DNA of 64,000 nt from Tubulanus polymorphus (taxonomy: Eukaryota; Animalia; Nemertea): NCBI RefSeq assembly GCF_964204645.1, contig NC_134031.1:8432001-8496000 (forward strand). Reading direction: 5' to 3'. This document shows positions 59,147 through 64,000 of the stretch, one piece after another. Every line of letters starts with the position of its first letter. The stretch's first letter is position 1. Under the pieces are notes generated by a model, which did not search any database, was not told the origin of the DNA, and saw only the letters and a program-made list of their open reading frames with translations. The position numbers and the translations under genes are program-made.

Positions 59147-59818
59147 TGATAAATATATAAATGTATACACATTTTTACAAAACATCTATTCAATAATATA
59201 AACGAATAGGTTTCGTTTCGAAGCTGTCAGTTGCCGAATCTGAATGAAGATGAATTTTATTTGACGAAATCGGCGGAAAATATATAATAATAATAATAAT
59301 CAACAGAATTTCAAGAGGGTTTTCGACGAAAGTCAGAAAACCCTAATAATTCGGTCTTGATAATTCAATTATATTTACCAGAGCAGGAATGTTTTACAGA
59401 TCGGAAAGTACTGAAGGGTCGTTTAGAAATACATGTGATAATAAAAAAGTACGCGATTTTAAACTGAACCGGCCATAGGTACCTTAGAATAGATAGGTAA
59501 AATCATCGAAACGGTTTCGTTGATTGAATAATCAGAACGCTTAAACGATACTAAACGTTTCCCATAGACACAACGACAAATAATTCTCTGTATAGGTATG
59601 AAATCAGCCACTGATTCAGCCTCAAACTCGGTTTAGTAAACTTGAACAGGGCGGGCAAAATAATGTTGCATAGGGTGCTTTTTGAACCACCGCACGGATG
59701 CAAAAATATGGCTAGTTTTGGCAGTTTGTTCTCGTTGCAAAATCACGTCATTTTGTATGAAATATTGTATAATTCCTGCGCGACTTTCACCCGATGCGTC
59801 AAACGTAATTTCTCCCGT

Positions 59819-60042
59819 TATGGCAAAAAAAATTGATACCTTGTTTCTCCGCTCTGCTGAGCTTAAATATTGACCCGGCCGGCCGCCTATCCACCCTTTA
59901 CATTACTTTTCTTAAAATCGTGATCAATTTCACCATAACAGACCCGGCCGCTATAGAAATGAACTGTTTATAAATTTTATCATATTTTACAAAAATGACC
60001 CGGCCACTGCGGAGAAACAAGGTATCATTTTTGTTTAGCCTA
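59819..60042. mobile_element. Small MITE
   Basis: TIR core GATACCTTGTTTCTCCGC / GCGGAGAAACAAGGTATC; three internal GACCCGGCC repeats. Confidence 0.65.
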
Positions 60043-61604
60043 TATCATCCTTTTTTAACCATTTTGCAAGTATACAGCTTGAACTCGTTGATCGCGCAAT
60101 AGAAGAATTCAGAAGTTCACCACAGTAAACTATATTACCCCACTTTTTACCAATTGGAATAATATTTAATATCAACGAATTTGGATACAATCTTTGGTAA
60201 ATTGAACGCAAGAAGTCTTTAGTGGTTAAATCAAATGTTACAGCTCCCGAAAACAGTTGTTGTTTACCGCCAAACAAAGTTGCGGCTCTGTCTGAAATAT
60301 TTGTGATTAAGATATTTTGATTATACCACACTATTTCATGATCACCAATTTAGCAATAGTCATATAACAGCCTCAACTAAAATATTCAATGAGTTGAAAA
60401 CCAAAACCCAGAGCAATAATATACTATAAAACGTGATGGGGCATGACTTAAGGCGTGAAAATAAATGACTTTCCGTTAATTAATTCTCTCAAGGCATATC
60501 GTAAAAAGTTGGTCAATGGTTCCATCCATTTTCTGTTCGCTGAAAGGTGGGTCTAGGTTAGTCAGTAACCTGTCGGTGGTTTAGTTTTACGATCGGATAT
60601 TTTCACAAACGACAGTCAGGAATGGGAAGGTCATTTTTCAATGAAATCTTCGTGAGTCGTGAGTCAATTTGACTCACGAGTAATTTGCCTGGCATTTCAC
60701 TGTCTCTTAAGATATCCGTCTAATTTTTGTTGGAATCGACGCACAACAGATTCGTAGTTTGTCTGATACCTATAAAATCTCACCTGACGATCTTAATCCA
60801 TGTGCAAATCGGCCGTAAAATGAGAGTAAATTTCCATCGAGTCAACAGCTGCCTTTTTGAAAATTACTGGAGGTGCTGGCACCTGTGGACTGAGGCCAGG
60901 ACAACAGCACAAACTAACGAAGCGAAATGACGAAATTGAAAAAAATTAAGAAATCAACACTTATTCACATTTTTCTTTTACCAGAATTTATTATTTTATT
61001 ACTTATTATGGAAAACACGAATATTTGAAATATAAGTTGGAAAACCATCAAAAATAAAAATTGTCGTTTCGTCTTGGAAGTTTTATATAAATCTTTGTAG
61101 GTCCCCTTGTCTTATCATGCCACATGTGCAATACAGAGAAATGGCGGCCAATGGCGAAATTTGTGGAGAAATTAATTAATTTCTTAAACGAATTATCTTA
61201 TTAACATTTACTTGTTTCCTTTGATAATTTGGTATCATCCAAAATGCGCGCCAAAATCCAAGCTATCCGGTAATTTTCCGTTCTTTCTCGTTCAGCACTC
61301 TTGCCGCACATAGCTCAGTCGCCAAAAAGAATCGCTATTGAGACAATTGTTATAACTTTGATTTTTGGTATTTGATTATCGATTTGCTACAATGCCGTCT
61401 GGAAGATTTGAAATAGGTGAAGACAACGTGGGACATGTGAGTATAAGATTATTCTTATTCAATTTCTAAAAGGAATAGGCCATTGAAGAGAGACAGTCAT
61501 ATTTCAGAAACTAAATGATAAAGCGAATTTTTCGTGATACTGATTCATTAACTGACTTGAGAAACGATCTTCTTATAGCATCTATTATTTATATGATTCT
61601 GATG

Positions 61605-62337
61605 TGTATTTGGACTTAAACAGGGTACGTTAGTTACTGATGTGACAAAACTGCCCTTACATGTAGGTTCCATGTGAGCCAAACGTGATAGCCCAAATAT
61701 GCGTGAGTCATACAAATGATATTCGCTCCGACAGCCAGCTAAATTGGTACTAATATCTGAGTGACGAGTAATTAGGGCAGACTCAACTATATGGCGTTTA
61801 GTGTAATTGCTGGAAGTATAAATAATTTCGGCTTTATCAAAATTAAAACGATGACCAGTGTTCCAAACGTGATTGGCTACGCCACTTGCCGGTTTTTTAT
61901 TTATAATATAGGGTACGTTAGTTACTGATGTGACAAAACTGCCCTTACATGTAAGTTCCATGTGAGCCAAATGTGATAGCCCAAATATGCGTGAGTCATA
62001 CAAATGATATTCGCTCCGACAGCCAGCTTCAGACAACAGATATATTGCATGACTGACGTGTATTTGGACTTAAACAGGGTACGTTAGTTACTGATGTGAC
62101 AAAACTGCCCTTACATATAGGTTCCATGTGAGTCAAACGTGATAGCCCAAATATGCGTGAGTCATAAAAATGATTATCGCTCCGACAGCCAGCTTCAGAC
62201 AACAGATATATTGCATGACTGACTTGTATTTGGACTTAAACAGGGTACGTTAGTTACTGATGTGACAAAACTGCCCTTACATGTAGGTTCCCTATGAGCC
62301 AAACGTGATAGCCCATATATGCGTGAGTCATACAAAT
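61605..62337. repeat. ~165-bp tandem repeat (4 copies), interrupted by a Penelope fragment
   Basis: AGGGTACGTTAGTTACTGATGTGACAAAACTGCCCTTAC recurs at ~61622, 61910, 62076 and 62242. Confidence 0.9.
61741..61908 (-). mobile_element. Penelope-like element GIY-YIG C-terminal fragment
   Basis: SGVANHVWNTGHRFNFDKAEII...KRHIVESALI. Confidence 0.65.
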
Positions 62338-62347
62338 TAAAGTTGTC

Positions 62348-63016
62348 ATGATTGTTGGCATTACCATCCATGTCATCCATGCCCAATCATTATCATTACA
62401 GGAAATTGCACAACCAACTACCGTTGCAAATGTGAAAAGAAACAAGGCGAAACGTTTGAACCTGCGCAAAAAGCTTAAGATTAAAAAAGCTAATCTTGTA
62501 AAACAACAAAACGAAATAAAAAAGAAACATGAATACGATTACGCGTGGCTCAAATTGGAAAATGCTGAGTTGAAGAAAAAAATTCCGATTAAAAGAACGC
62601 AGAATCTTACAATCTCTGTTTTCAAGAGCGATAACCGCAGTTTACACAACGTCGAAATTGATCGATTTCTCGCAAAAAATCCGTCAATCATTGAAATCGA
62701 TCCGAATAATATCGACATTGATAATGTCATTGGCTCCGGTAGCTATGGGACCGTTAGAAAAGGCACGTTCAAACTCCTTGATTTACCAGTAGCAATAAAA
62801 GCCGGTATAACTGATATTTCGCGATTACAACGTGAGTGCAAGATAATGCAATTGTTGTCGGGGAAAACGCATTTCCCTTACTTGTTCGGTATAAGTAATA
62901 AATCCATCGTTATGGAATTGATGGATAAAACGCTCTTTGATTTGTTGAATGAACCGAACACTGACATCGCTCAAGACGTATATTTGTCTATGTGGTTAAA
63001 TTGGTTGAAAATATAA
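62348..63016 (+). pseudogene. Intronless truncated protein kinase (subdomains I-V) with basic coiled-coil N-terminus
   Basis: IGSGSYGTV, VAIK, helix-C Glu (QRECKIM) and IVMELM; no HRD or DFG before the stop. Confidence 0.7.
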
Positions 63017-63033
63017 AATATATTGGATAAAAA

Positions 63034-63523
<490 letters not shown>

Positions 63524-64000
63524 ATTATGGTTTTACTTTATAAATTTATATTCATATGATATTTTAATTCTTTACATTAAACTAGAATAATACTAACTTA
63601 TTCAAGGTAAAGTTTTTCTAGTTGAATTCTAGTCAAATGTAAAGAATTACAATATCATATAAGAATTGAATAGATTCAATAAGAATTAAAATGAGTTTCT
63701 TTAACAATACTAACTTATTCAATTATAATGTTTTCCTAATTGAATCTATTTGAAATATTATGTAATCCATTTAGCAAATAGAAACAATAACTAATATCAT
63801 TTTTAAAGAATTATATCATATTCTAGTGCTGAATCAAGAATATGATATCTATCATTACTGAATCAAATATATATAATAAATCTGTGAGATAAATAAATAT
63901 TGAAACAGTAATATATATAATAAATCCGTGAGATAAATAAATATCATATTATTAGTACTTGAAAAAATATAATTCCCCCTCGTGTCTTTATGTATTTAGT

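Noticed and set aside
60035-60331. 98-aa ORF resembling a transposase-associated C-terminal fragment
   Set aside because: Only a vague motif (SIARSTSSSCILAKW); no catalytic residues or termini support a call

Overview
Eukaryotic, probably invertebrate, genomic DNA made almost entirely of nested transposable elements around one host gene. Left end: the first six coding exons of LSG1 (60S export GTPase, minus strand, running off the window). Its intron 4 is inflated by a Helentron-type non-autonomous element that was itself split by a DIRS1-type tyrosine-recombinase retrotransposon (2356-10019). 11-17 kb: nested HINE-like elements and MITEs. 17.5-40.2 kb: a decayed CR1/L2-group LINE whose RT is split by a full-length 17.8-kb Polinton/Maverick (21467-39289; 6-bp TSD GTCAAC, ~525-bp TIRs; pPolB, penton, major capsid, ATPase, integrase). 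42-59 kb: tandem or nested HINE-like elements with a 31-bp palindromic satellite, plus a very young, intact BEL/Pao LTR retrotransposon (49860-56337). Right end: MITEs, a Penelope fragment, a truncated kinase ORF and a (TA)n tract. The best candidate for an undescribed system is the Polinton. It has no recognisable adenain protease but six predicted membrane proteins and a giant-virus-like HNH/EndoVII gene. Its TIRs end in self-palindromic 341-bp cassettes. 13 of 16 genes start at a poxvirus-type TAAATG motif, in T-rich and A-rich classes. This suggests a membrane-containing virus that relies on a pox-like or NCLDV helper. All assignments come from motif reading by eye; no searches were run.
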